A stretch of DNA of 63,216 nucleotides, counting the filler, from Asterionella formosa (lineage: Eukaryota), in NCBI GenBank assembly GCA_002256025.1. It is 25 parts of 25 records of this genome, joined end to end, with 100 filler letters (N's around TTAATTAATTAA, not from the genome) between each part and the next. Parts side by side here need not be neighbours in the genome. Positions count along the whole stretch, not along the records: positions 37,682 to 39,184 come from NKIB01002167.1; positions 39,285 to 40,787 come from NKIB01002168.1; positions 40,888 to 42,390 come from NKIB01002169.1; positions 42,491 to 43,993 come from NKIB01002170.1; positions 44,094 to 45,596 come from NKIB01002171.1; positions 45,697 to 47,199 come from NKIB01002173.1; positions 47,300 to 48,801 come from NKIB01002174.1; positions 48,902 to 50,403 come from NKIB01002175.1; 17 more parts are not named here. One strand, given 5' to 3'. The notes under the pieces are model-generated. The model worked only from the letters and a program-made list of their open reading frames with translations. It made no database searches and was not told the origin of the DNA. The translations under genes and the position numbers were made by a program. Shown in pieces: positions 38,566-50,503 of this stretch (position 1 is its first letter; each line of letters opens with the position of its first letter).

Positions 38566-38889
38566 TATGATGGGAGCTCGACAATGGATGTAACAAATTC
38601 ACTAAAATGCGTACCACTGTTGGAACTTATTGCACCTGGCTGATGTGACCTTTTGAAAATATTTGGAGGTTGTGTTTGGGTTTATCATAACCAAATTCGA
38701 ATAGTGTTGCCACAGGCAAACGACCATTTCTTGCCCTTAAATAAACAATACAAGAAAGGATAAGGATACCTCCTATGTAAGGGTTTAGTAACAGGACGTA
38801 ACTACATTACAATAGCACGCCATATGAGCAACAGATAACAGTATGATGGGAGAGGAATTGCACATCGAATGTATTGGAGTAATATACAT

Positions 38890-39184
38890 GTACATATAAC
38901 CGCTTGCCATATATACATATCCAAACCAGATATATATAGACTCATAAAAAGCCAACACTTTTCGACTAAAGCAATATACCCACGCTGTAACCGCGAGCCA
39001 TAAATATATTGATACCATTTATAGTTAAAAACACGTTTTCCACTGAACAAATGTGCCCACGCCTTAACCGCGAGCCATGTATATATATCCACACCATTCA
39101 TATTATAGATTCAGAAAGAGCAGCAATTTTTTACTGAAACGCACTACCGGTAGTGGCGCTATGGCTCTGTAACCCTAACCCTAA
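38890..39184. repeat. Short direct repeats followed by a hairpin and (CCCTAA)2; possible transposon subterminal region
   Basis: CCCACGC..TAACCGCGAGCCAT twice plus a degenerate copy, CACTACCGGTAGTG at 39142-39155 and TAACCCTAACCCTAA at 39170-39184. Confidence 0.5.
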
Positions 39185-39284
39185 NNNNNNNNNNNNNNNN
39201 NNNNNNNNNNNNNNNNNNNNNNNNNNNNTTAATTAATTAANNNNNNNNNNNNNNNNNNNNNNNNNNNNNNNNNNNNNNNNNNNN

Positions 39285-40400
39285 TAAATCACTAAGAATC
39301 TGTTCCATAGTTTCTTGTGCTATATCAGATGATTGTTTCACCCCCATAGGGAGACGTAAATATTTATATAAACCAAATGGAGTGGAAATAACGCACAAAT
39401 TTTGACTCTCCACATCTAATGCGAAGGTATAGTATTGCATAGAAACATCCAATTTGGGGAAAAATAGAATAGTTTGTATTCGAGGTAGTAAAGGGTATAT
39501 ATTGCGATTGATGACTTTATTGAGTTCACGAAAATCTGATACCCATCGGACACTTCCATCCTTTTTAGGAATAATAAAAGTGGGAGACGCCCATTTAGAA
39601 GCAGCACATTTTTGTAGGACTCCATTGTAATTCGGTTTTGAAAACTTCTAAATGAATATGAGCGACAGGATATGCTCGTTGATGACGAGGGATGGCATTT
39701 GATAATAATTCCAAATGTACCTGTTTATGAGGATAAACTTTTAATTTTCCATCAAATAACATTTGATATTTAACCAATATAGTTTGCAGACATGACCGTT
39801 GCATTGTTGTTAAATGCATCTGTTTATTCACCACTGTATCAATATTCACATAATTATATTCAGCAGCTTTAATTTCCAGTGCATATGAAGATTCCATAAT
39901 CATAGGTGCATCAAGATATAATAATACATCACGTAAACATTCTGCATCATCAAAGAATGTGAGAGAATGCATAGGATCAATCATATCCATACAGGACATG
40001 GTGTTATTTACGAAATCAATGATTAAACCAACTTGACGAAGAAAATCACGTCCTAAAATAGCATCAAATGTGCATAGACCATTAAAAACTTGACACTTTT
40101 GTTGTAAAACACGAGCAGATCGATTAAATTCAGGTAGAATCAGGTCATTTAAAATAACACTGGCATGAGATGAATAAGTACCAGCTATGGTATGTATTAA
40201 TTGGGAAGTCTCGTTAGACAAAGAAATACCTTGAGGCATAACCCGTTCATGTATTGAGGATAAGGATCCTCCACTATCAAATAATACTTGTAGTATTTTA
40301 TGCATAGGCATAGCATCCACCAATCGTGACGCTAAAAAAGACATCGGAATCAAATCAATTGACGTTAATCTATCCTTAGAAGTAAAACAGGAAACCGGAA
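39285..40400 (-). mobile_element. Ty3/gypsy pol pseudogene (aspartic protease and RT)
   Basis: [34 protein letters not shown] and [24 protein letters not shown]. Frameshifted. Confidence 0.93.
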
Positions 40401-41624
40401 TTGGGCCCTGATATGTATGTGGAACGTCATGTCCATCGATACATTTATATATGTCCTGCGTTACAGCAACAGCGGTATTCATAGTGCATTCAACCTGTAA
40501 ATAAACAATATTATCCAGGAGATGACTAACGTGAGATATACTAAATGAGTCATTATAAATAGCATCGCTATTATCGCACATACCTCTGTAATGGCGATCA
40601 GCAATCAGCTGTTGTGTAGTAGGGACAAAAGTCATCATCTGACCAGCAGGAGGGTTTGTGACCACTGAAATTTCCTGGGCCGATGTATTCTTGATAGGAT
40701 CGGCACATGGCACGGTACCCCAATTGGATGGATGAGTATTACGAGCCCATGTATTTAACATACGAGTATGTGGAACAGACACAGGGTNNNNNNNNNNNNN
40801 NNNNNNNNNNNNNNNNNNNNNNNNNNNNNNNTTAATTAATTAANNNNNNNNNNNNNNNNNNNNNNNNNNNNNNNNNNNNNNNNNNNNTCACAAATATTCT
40901 TTGGTGAAGTAATATGTAATCTCATCATTGCGCTCTGATACTCGAATTATTTTAGATTAAAATGATAATCTCTTTCATAGCCCATTTGTACTCGACTCCC
41001 CTTTTTCAAGGCAAATATTCATTGTGGTACCTGCCAACACCCCAACCACCTTTCGCAAAAAGATGATCCTCGTAGCAACACCATTAGGGGAAACTCCGAC
41101 CGCCTAGGAAGATGATACACACTGCTTGTAAGGGGTCAAATCCACTATTTTTCGCACATCAGGCAAGACCAGCCATATGGGACGTTAAGGAGTGTGGAAG
41201 TTGAATCCAAAAAATTGCGGGACAAATCAAACCACACAACTTCAGATCAAAGGCAATATGATGCTCAACCAACCAGCTACTGTACTAAGAAGCCATTCTA
41301 TCCAAATTATTTTAGATGGTGTACCTTCTTGTGTGTTATGCCTCCGCTCTCCTCTTGATAAAGAGGAAGTATATGAGTTCCATAATTTCACCATCATTGG
41401 TCACTGCCCATGTCAACTTTTCGCTAATCTTGTTATGATGAGCATGATGATATCATGATCATCACATGGCTACTGCCAGCAGCATGTGATACTATAGCCA
41501 TAAACAAGACTCCATCATTTAGTGACAGTTTGACTGTTGATGAGGTCAGAAAGAGGAGAAGCAGCAAATTCAGCACCAGGCACCACAGCATCCACTGTCA
41601 AGTCCATTCTGGACTTTGTTCAAC

Positions 41625-42020
41625 AGCAAGCATAATGATGCTCTCATCACATTGTGCTGTCTTGACCATGATTTCTCCATTGAGCTCCTACACCAACTAT
41701 TCAAGCCCAGTTTCTGTTACTCCCTTTCGGAAAAATATGGATTCATTGTTAGAAGTTTAACAACCAAAAAGGGTTGGCCCAGATTCGTCAGTTCCATCAG
41801 TTGTCTGGTGCTCAGGTTAGCATGGACCAGGACTCATGGTTCCTTGAGTGTTTGTTTGAAGTTTTCAAAGTGTATTTTTAAAGTGCTTCAGACAAATGAA
41901 AATGCCATTGTGAGAATCCCTACAACTGCAGACAAGCAACAAAACCACCTTGTTGCAACCATGATCAATCAGAAATACCAAATTATAAGAAATTTTTTGG
42001 GAGCAAAGATGGATTGCACA
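41625..42020 (+). mobile_element. PIF/Harbinger-like (DDE_Tnp_4) transposase relic
   Basis: DALITLCCLDH, KGWPR....CLVLRLAWTRTHGS and IVRIP...INQKY..I....GAKMD. CpG-poor. Confidence 0.6.
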
Positions 42021-42122
42021 TCATGCAATAATATAGTTTTTAATTTCATACCGCACGCAACATCGCTCAAACAAGCTAGTGGTATAAAATAATTTATTCC
42101 CCTAGCATTACTGTTGTTCATC

Positions 42123-42390
42123 ATGATCTCTCTCCTTCCTATGCTCCTCCCCCTCCTTGTCATATTGCTAGGCTTCAACTGTCCCGCGGTTGCGTCAGCG
42201 TCGACACCGGTGATTGGAATTCTGTCCCAGCCCTTTACCAACGCCGACACGAATGAAACAGAATTCATGATCGCCGCATCGTACGTCAAGTGGCTCGAAG
42301 CCGCCGGAGCGAGGAGCATCGCCATCCCCTACGACGCGTTCGACGACGTGGATCTATATTTCCCACAAATCAATGGCTTGCTATTTCCTG
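42123..42390 (+). CDS. GGH: Gamma-glutamyl hydrolase (peptidase C26), 3'-partial, with signal peptide
   Basis: PVIGILSQP, IAASYVKWLEAAGARSIAIPY and INGLLFP. Hydrophobic N-terminus. Confidence 0.93.
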
Positions 42391-42490
42391 NNNNNNNNNN
42401 NNNNNNNNNNNNNNNNNNNNNNNNNNNNNNNNNNTTAATTAATTAANNNNNNNNNNNNNNNNNNNNNNNNNNNNNNNNNNNNNNNNNNNN

Positions 42491-42662
42491 ATCGGTACGG
42501 GTTCGAACGAGGTCGCTTTCCTAGGTATCCTTTCGTCTTGGGCGGTTCAGAGGACGAGACCATTTGCAATGTCGATTGCCCCATATTAAAACAATGCGGC
42601 TGCATGACTAGGGCGTTAGCTGTCACAAGCAATAGATGCATCCGAAGTAGTACTGTCAACAT
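42491..42662 (-). CDS. N-terminus of a possible plastid-targeted or secreted protein
   Basis: MLTVLLRMHLLLVTANAL followed by a transit-like stretch ending STLQM. Runs off the contig. Confidence 0.4.
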
Positions 42663-42714
42663 TCTGACCCGCTGCCTGTTTTGCTTCTGCGCCAAAGGAG
42701 ACAGAGCTGCCCTT

Positions 42715-43060
42715 GATGTACCGGTAGTCAGCTGTTAAATTATGTCAACACCTGGTACCTGGTACCAGGTACCAGGGTTACTGTAGTTCGGGCATTGACG
42801 ATGGATCAAATTACCGGTGAACCGGAATGTAACATACCGGTAGTTTTATTTTAGATCTGGTACCTGGTACCAGGTACCAGGTACATGGGTACTACTACCA
42901 GGTACCATCAAGTACCAGGTACATTATTTTATCATCTGCCGGTATATACCACCTTTGCTTTTGTCGACATGAAAGAGCATACCACTGGCAGTCGTCACCT
43001 TGTAGCTCATTATACTCCCTCAGTACCCCTGGTACCAGGTACCCTGGTACAGGTACTACC
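42715..43060. repeat. Dense cluster of TA-CC[A/T]GG-TA and TA-CCGG-TA units
   Basis: For example TACCTGGTACCAGGTACCAGGTA at 42861-42883, a similar chain at about 42751-42776, and TACCGGTA at 42719. Confidence 0.9.
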
Positions 43061-44093
43061 GTATATTTATTGCCTTGCTTCATATTTTGGCTATTTTTGT
43101 ACAGTATATGCAATCAGCACCCGATGACTGTCATTTTCACATCCAAGATTGATTCATCATTTGGTTGCAGCCCTTTGAAATCCTATACATATACCATATA
43201 ATACATTTATATTTGAAACCCTATACATTTGCAAAGTAATTATTTAAGTACACATTATAGAGCCTTGACTATGGTGGAGTTCTTCAGGTTGCTCTATAGC
43301 ACACTGTGTTTGATTCTGCCTTTTCATTGATCTGCTTTGATTGTTTTGTCTCTAAAGTAACAATGCAAAGCAATTACTTGTTTGTCATGATACTTTTATG
43401 CCACAACATGCAGTTCCATTATATCTTCACTAACTACAAATCGATGTACTCTTTTCGCTTATTCCTGTAATATAACGAGTCAGTCGATCCATTTTGTTGG
43501 TCATCACTGTAGTAACAAATGGGAAGTAGTTACTTGTTAGTCTTGTTTTGCTTAGATTACAACATGCAGTTCCAGTTATTGTACTGTCACTTACCACCAC
43601 AAATCCATGTTCCGTTCGCATATTCCTGTTAAGTATTGTTTGAGTCCAATATTGCACAAAGTATTCATCAATAAAGCGTGCACACGCTGTTGGGCTGTTT
43701 CGAACTTACAAATACTTTTTGTCTACCATTATCCTGATAGATAAAAGGCGCATGTGTCATTTATGCTATAACAGGTGTTCCTGGTGTAAATTGAAACAAC
43801 GACAGCACTTACAAATGGTCTTTTTTCCACATTGATGCTGTCCCACCAAATTCACATATTCAGCTATTCAATCACTTGGAGGAGAAAGCACTCATTTAGT
43901 CAGTATTGTCAACCCAACAATCAAAGATCCTGATATATTCCCTTGACCTACCTTGGCTTATTTCGTTCACCTTTGGTATGTATTTTCAGTACCNNNNNNN
44001 NNNNNNNNNNNNNNNNNNNNNNNNNNNNNNNNNNNNNTTAATTAATTAANNNNNNNNNNNNNNNNNNNNNNNNNNNNNNNNNNNNNNNNNNNN

Positions 44094-45596
44094 AAGTGAT
44101 CGCAAAGACAATGTGTTATATGAATGAGATGTGTATCGATAAAGAAGCATTTCACTTTGTTCAGTCATACAGCTTAAGGAAAGGCCTCAAGAAATTTGGC
44201 CAGAAAGGAAGAGACGCTGCATATAAAGAAATGAAACAACTACATGATAGAGTTGTATTTGAACCGATTAGGATTGAAGACCTAACTGATATCGAAAAGC
44301 GACGTGCAATGGAAAGTCTAATTTTTTTGGTTGAAAAGAGAGACAAGAGCATTAAAGGCAGAGCATGTGCCAATGGCAGTTCGCAACGTGAATACATGGA
44401 AAGAGATGAAGCAGCTAGTCCAACTACCATGACTGAATCTGTTATGATAACAGCAACAATTGATGCGAAGCAAAATCGCGATGTTATGACTGCGGATATA
44501 CCCAATGCATTTGTGCAAGTGGATATCGATGAGAAAGAAAAAGGGGAACGAATCATTATGAAGATTAGAGGTTTGCTTGTCAATATGTTGACAGAACTCA
44601 GCCCCGAGACTTATGAAAAATATGTTGTTTATGAAGGGAACAACAAGGTCCTATATGTTAGGATGATCAAGGCATTATATGGCATGTTACAGTCATCATT
44701 ATTATATTACAAGAAATTTCGGAAGGATATTGAGTCAATTGGATTCAAGGTAAACCCATATGATCCATGTGTTGCAAATCGCATTGTTAATGGCAAACAG
44801 CACACAGTTACTTGGCACGTAGACGATTTGAAATCAAGTCACGTGGACAGGAAAGTGAATGATCAATTTTTGGAATGGCTCAAACAGAAATACGCTTCTG
44901 ACGAAATTGGTGAAGTCAAGGTCATGCGTGGAAAGAAGCATGATTATTTGGCTATGACGCTAGATTACTCTATTCCAGGAGTGTTGAGGGTGGACATGAC
45001 CAAATATGTCAAATCAATGATTGATGATTTTCCAGTGAAACTTGAAGGTGTTGGAAAATTCCCTTGGACAGATAAATTGTTCACAGTTGATACAAAATCA
45101 AAGAAGCTTGAATATGAAAAAGCAAAAATATTTCATACTTTTGTTATAAAAGGAATGTTCCTATGTAAGCGAGGAAGACAGGACATTCAACCAGGAATTG
45201 CATTTCTGGCAACCCGAACTATCGAACCGAATGAAGGTGATTGGGTAAAATTAGTCAAGATCATGAATTTCTTGAAAGCAACTCAGAACGAGGTTGCATA
45301 TATGAGTGCTGATGACACTCAGAGCATTAAATGGTACGTTGATGCGGCGTTTGCAGTGCACAAAGATTTTAAAAGTCACACTGGAGCTATAATGTCACTT
45401 GGAAACGGAATTGTTTGTTCTATGTCTACAAAACAGAAAGTGAACACTAGAAGCTCGACTGAAGCTGAGTTGGTTGGTGTCGATGACATCATATCAAAGG
45501 TGTTGTGGACGAAATTATTTATTGAAGCACAAGGACACAAGGTGACTACGAATGTCATTTACCGTGACAACACTAGCGCAATGAAGCTAGAAGCAA
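44094..45596 (+). mobile_element. Ty1/copia (CoDi-like) reverse transcriptase and RNase H, uninterrupted frame
   Basis: IKGRACANG, ADIPNAFVQ, KALYG, NPYDPCV, WHVDDL, WYVDAAFAVH, SHTG, SSTEAELV and YRDNTS. Confidence 0.96.
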
Positions 45597-45698
45597 NNNN
45601 NNNNNNNNNNNNNNNNNNNNNNNNNNNNNNNNNNNNNNNNTTAATTAATTAANNNNNNNNNNNNNNNNNNNNNNNNNNNNNNNNNNNNNNNNNNNNGA

Positions 45699-46001
45699 TT
45701 GGGTCCGTCTTCGATCAATTTCACTGATCCAAGATTACCATCATCCTTGAGAAATCAAAGCCCCGGTGTCTTTGCAATTATTCACTCTTGTAAATATGCC
45801 TCAGAATCTTTGCACAACTACTCAAGGTTGCTGTTAGGGGCTGATCTCACATTGGATCGACATGGAAACAAAGGACTTTTGTTTGTTCCCGTGGATTGCA
45901 TTCATTCTCCTGCTGTTGTTGTTCCTAATTTAGGAGCCTCTCCAGGTAAGGTGATTCAAATCAAGCCGCAGTCTGCCTGGGCATCCCTGTTCCATTTTTG
46001 A
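45699..46001 (+). mobile_element. Plavaka-like transposase extreme C-terminus
   Basis: FAIIHSC...VPVDCIHSPAVVVPNL...IKPQSAWASLF aligns by eye with the end of ORF 28753-29031. Confidence 0.5.
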
Positions 46002-46211
46002 TTTGCTGGTTGATGCGATTGCATAAGGCAATCTATGAAAGAAATGTTAAGAAAAAATTTGTAGTTGATGATGTGGAAACGATTAATATTACTACAAAAC
46101 CAACAAAAAAGGGAAGTAAGGTAACATATAATTATCAATTTTTATAGAAATCATTAATCTCCTTGATTCATTAGTAAGGTATTAGGAGATGCTAAACATT
46201 CACTCATTTAC

Positions 46212-47199
46212 TCACAATGCAGATTCATAGTCAGAATCAATCACTTTGGACTGGTCCTCCTCATCTAACTTGGAATCCGATTTTTCACCACCAGTAGAGG
46301 TTTCACAACTAGTTGAGGACACAGCAGAAGACGAGGTTTCAGAGGAGGATGGGGTTGTAGATGGAGAACGTAAAAGATTCTCGCCATCGGCAGGGACATG
46401 GATGAGAACTTTTCCTGGGATGGAAACATTCTCCGAGAGAATAGAATATTTTTGAAGGCCTTTTTTGGGCATCGTATTACCTTTTTCTTTTCGAGCAACA
46501 TTAACTTCATTCTTTGCAAAGAAAGGTGGGACAGTAGGTTGGATTTTTTTGACAGATTTTTCAACAGATTTGAGAAATTCCAAAGAAGGACCATCCTCGG
46601 AGACATTGGAACTATCTTCGTCTTGGCTTTGTGAATTCAGCTTGCTGGTGTGCTTTGTTGGAGGCACAGGTTTGGGTACCGGTTTGACATGATCCTTATT
46701 CTGGAGAATAAGACGAAGTCTACCCTTCGTGACCTCATCATCCTTCTTGTCGACCGCAGGCACCTCCTTCACACTTGATTTCTGAACAGACTTGAGAAAT
46801 TCCAAAGAAGGAACATCCTCTGAGAGAATGGAACTATCTTCGTCGTCTTTGCCTTGCGGAATCACTCTGGTGGTATGCTGAATCACTCTGGTGATATGCT
46901 TGGTTGGAGGCACAGGTTTCAGACCAGGTTGGGCATGATCCTGCTGAAGGGAGATAGAATGTGGGAGCTTGATGATAGACCAGGTTTCACCTAAAGTTTC
47001 ATCTGGGTTCCTATCTCGCTGGAGGGTAAGATGTGGACCCTTCTCGACCTGCTTATGATCCTTGCAGTTGATCCCAAGCAACTTCATATTCGATTTTTCA
47101 ACAGAGTTGAGAAATTCCAAATAAGGACCAGGAACTGAGGCATCCTCTGAGGCGATGGAAATATCTTCTTCGTCTTTGCCTTGTCGATTAGCCTTGGTG
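46212..47199 (-). CDS. Low-complexity protein with three DED.S..SED.P.LEFL.SV.KS repeats, 5'-partial
   Basis: Long open frame with internal repeats of about 80-105 aa. Converges on the Plavaka-like ORF. Confidence 0.55.
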
Positions 47200-47299
47200 N
47201 NNNNNNNNNNNNNNNNNNNNNNNNNNNNNNNNNNNNNNNNNNNTTAATTAATTAANNNNNNNNNNNNNNNNNNNNNNNNNNNNNNNNNNNNNNNNNNNN

Positions 47300-48801
47300 T
47301 CTACCGGCAAACCAATCTCGCTTGTACCGACACCTGGACCAACGTCAAGTCCAACATTTAATCCAACACCTCTCCCTACCGGCAAGCCAATCACGCTTGT
47401 ACCGACCATGGACCCTACGGCTCCTCCGACACCTGGATCAACGACTAGTCCAATCTTAAGTCAAACATCTCTTCCTACCGGCAAGCCAATCACGATGGTA
47501 CCGACGATGGACCCGACGTCTTCACCGACATCTGGACCAACGATTACTCCGACTCAGAATCCAACACCTCTCCCTACCAACAAGCCAATCACGGTTGTAC
47601 CGACCATGGACCCGAAGTCTTCACCGACATCTGGACAAACGAATACCGCGACATTGAATCCAATATCTTCCCCTACAGTTCAGCCTACATCAAAACCAAC
47701 ATTGCTACCGACAGGTGCCCCTACTCATCGGCCTACACCTTGGCCAACTCTATGGCCAACAGTTAGACTTACACAATTGCTAACAGCTCAGCCTACTCCT
47801 TGGCCGTCACCTGCGCCAACTGGTATGCCGACAGCTGACCCCACTTCCTTACCAACATCAAAACCTACACTGCTACCAACAGCGGATCCTACTTTGTTAC
47901 CAACAGTTAGGCCGACAGCGCGGCCAACTGCAAAACCAACTTTATTGCCAACAGTTGACCCGACACCTTGGCCGACATCTAAACCAACATTATCACCAAC
48001 TGCAGTCCCGACTACTTCGCCGACATCCAATCCAACGTTACTGCCCACTGCAGACCCGACAAGTTGGCCGACATCAAGACCTACAGATCAACCCACGATT
48101 GCCCCAACGCCTTGGCCGACATCAAAACCTTTATTGTCACCGACTACTGACCCAACCCCTTTGCCGCTAACCAGACCAACAGCGGATCCCACTACATTGC
48201 CAACTTCGAAACCAACGTTGCAACTTAAAGCCGCGCCAACTCCCTGGCCGCCGATATCCAACCCAACATCGCTACCAACTGCCGATCCGACTCCTGGGCC
48301 TACATCTAGACTAACATTGCTGCCAACAGCTGCTCCCACCCCACGGCCAACATCTAAACCAACATTGCTGCCAACAGCTGACCCAACTTCTTGGCCGACA
48401 TCTAAACCGACATTGTTGCCAACAGCTGATCCAACTACTCCGCCAACACCTCGACCAACGTTGCTACAAACGACTCTTCCAACTCCTTTTCAAACCTCCA
48501 AACCAATATTGTTGCCAACAGCTGACCCGACTCGTTGGCCCACATCTCAACCTACATTGCTTCCAACAGCTGTTCCAACTCCATTGCCAACATCTATACC
48601 AACATTGTTTCCAACAGCCAACCCAACTCCTTGGCCGACATCTAAACCAACTTTTTTGCCGACACATCGACCGACATTGCTGCCTACAGCTGTTCCTACC
48701 CCATTGCCGACATCTAAACCAACATCGCTACCTACAGCTGATCCCACCCCATGGCCAACATCTAGGCCAACATTGCTGCCAACAGCAAATCCAACTCCTT
48801 G
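47300..48801 (+). CDS. Pro/Thr-rich (PT-repeat) mucin-like protein, internal fragment
   Basis: About 500 open codons of PTxxPT with a 16-aa unit close to [16 protein letters not shown]. Third codon positions vary between units. Confidence 0.85.
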
Positions 48802-50179
48802 NNNNNNNNNNNNNNNNNNNNNNNNNNNNNNNNNNNNNNNNNNNNTTAATTAATTAANNNNNNNNNNNNNNNNNNNNNNNNNNNNNNNNNNNNNNNNNNN
48901 NACTGAATATATCGATGTTCAATTTGTTTGAATAATTTATTTAGATGCTAATAATTGAAGTAACAATTGCAAGTTTATGCTACTCGCCTCTACATAACTA
49001 GCTAAAAAAACTCATTTTTTCGAGTTAATCAACCCTATTCCATGCTCGCCCTAAAAATAAGCTGCTCGACACTGGATTCACTGCAAATTGAAGCAATTGT
49101 TTTCTCCCAGAGGGGTACAGCCAATCATGGTGACTTGCAAGCTAGTTTGTTGCAACAAATTGATAGGCAATGACAACAATACAGCTACTGTTGTGAATCA
49201 AGGAGCAGCAGATGCATTGAGTAATACCACAAAAGTCTATATTTGTTCATTCAATATCTACAAACAAGTATAGTGATGAGTATGTCCTTCTAAAGAATGG
49301 TGACATTGGAAGATCATTGTTTGATATGGACTCACTATGGGACAGGCACATTTTGCTTCTTCCAAGTGTACCCACCTGCACCTGACAACCTCCTTTCTCC
49401 TGCCTACTACAGCAATTTTTTAAACATTATCATCACAACAACCAAGACTCCATTGCCAATTTTCCCCTTGCTATGCCTTCTATATCAGTTCATGATGCAC
49501 TTCTCCAAATGGAATTGTAAACAGGTCAGGAATTTTGTGAAAGAAGCGGATCATCCTAAGATGACATTCCAGCAATGGCAATCAGCAATAATGATGCTGA
49601 GGATCACAAATCTTCGAAAGGTAAGTGAAGAAGGAAAAGGGTAGGTGATACATTTCATAAATAACTGGAACAAAATTGGGCTTGGTACCCAAAGCATCCA
49701 CCAAGAAAGAATAACTTGGATTTGGTGAACGACTGTTCCCCATTCTGCAAAGGACACACTACCTGGTACCAGGTGAAGTATCTAACTAGAAGTAGTAGTA
49801 TTTGTTGAATATATGAGCTTATTTGTTAATCCTTGTGTGTAACTCGTTCTCCAAGTCGACACCAAAGTATACAATGAGGGTTAGTCGAGTTCTCTCATTA
49901 TTGAGTTCTGATACATATATGATATAACACTAACCCTATATACATCTGTATTGATGCGCAAGATCGCTCACTCTCCCACACCAAGGGAAAACCTTTTACC
50001 TTTGAAAAGGTTTGATGTAATGGATATTAATTCGTTCCGTTGTATGCATAGTTTGTTGAAAAGTAACTGTACCATAGGATTCGATAGTGATGTAGGAATA
50101 ACAATACGTCAAGTATCTCCTGGATTCTTTACAAAATACATGAAATGTATATGATGAAAATTGATAGAGGGAAAATTTA

Positions 50180-50403
50180 ACAGATGTGTTTGGTTTGTTG
50201 ATTGAGAATGAGATGAGTTGTTTGATTGAGAATCAATTGTATATCCAGCAATTGTCTATCATGTATTGAGTAATATTCCAGAGGATATTGAATATTGTCT
50301 GCCAAAATTGGATGATTGAGGGAACAGGTAAACAAAGGTTCATCATCTACTTCAATTGAGAAAGTAGAAATGGATGTTGATGCTGAAGATTTCGGTCCAA
50401 TAT
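50180..50403 (-). mobile_element. Short gypsy-like pol fragment (RNase H to integrase linker)
   Basis: Manual translation FSIEVDDEPLFTCSLNHP...QYPLEYYSIHDRQLLD. Confidence 0.4.
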
Positions 50404-50503
50404 NNNNNNNNNNNNNNNNNNNNNNNNNNNNNNNNNNNNNNNNNNNNTTAATTAATTAANNNNNNNNNNNNNNNNNNNNNNNNNNNNNNNNNNNNNNNNN
50501 NNN

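Noticed and set aside
39170..39184. True chromosome end
   Set aside because: Only two units, and CCCTAA at the 3' end is the wrong orientation for a terminal telomere.
42715..43060. Bacterial Dcm (CCWGG), KpnI or AgeI site cluster, or a cloning polylinker
   Set aside because: The motifs are typically TA-flanked, spread over many contigs, show CpG-type decay and differ between natural repeat copies.
49803..49944. Solo LTR (TG...CA); similar candidates near 3259-3473 and from 54902
   Set aside because: No second copy, clear target-site duplication or primer-binding site is visible in the window.
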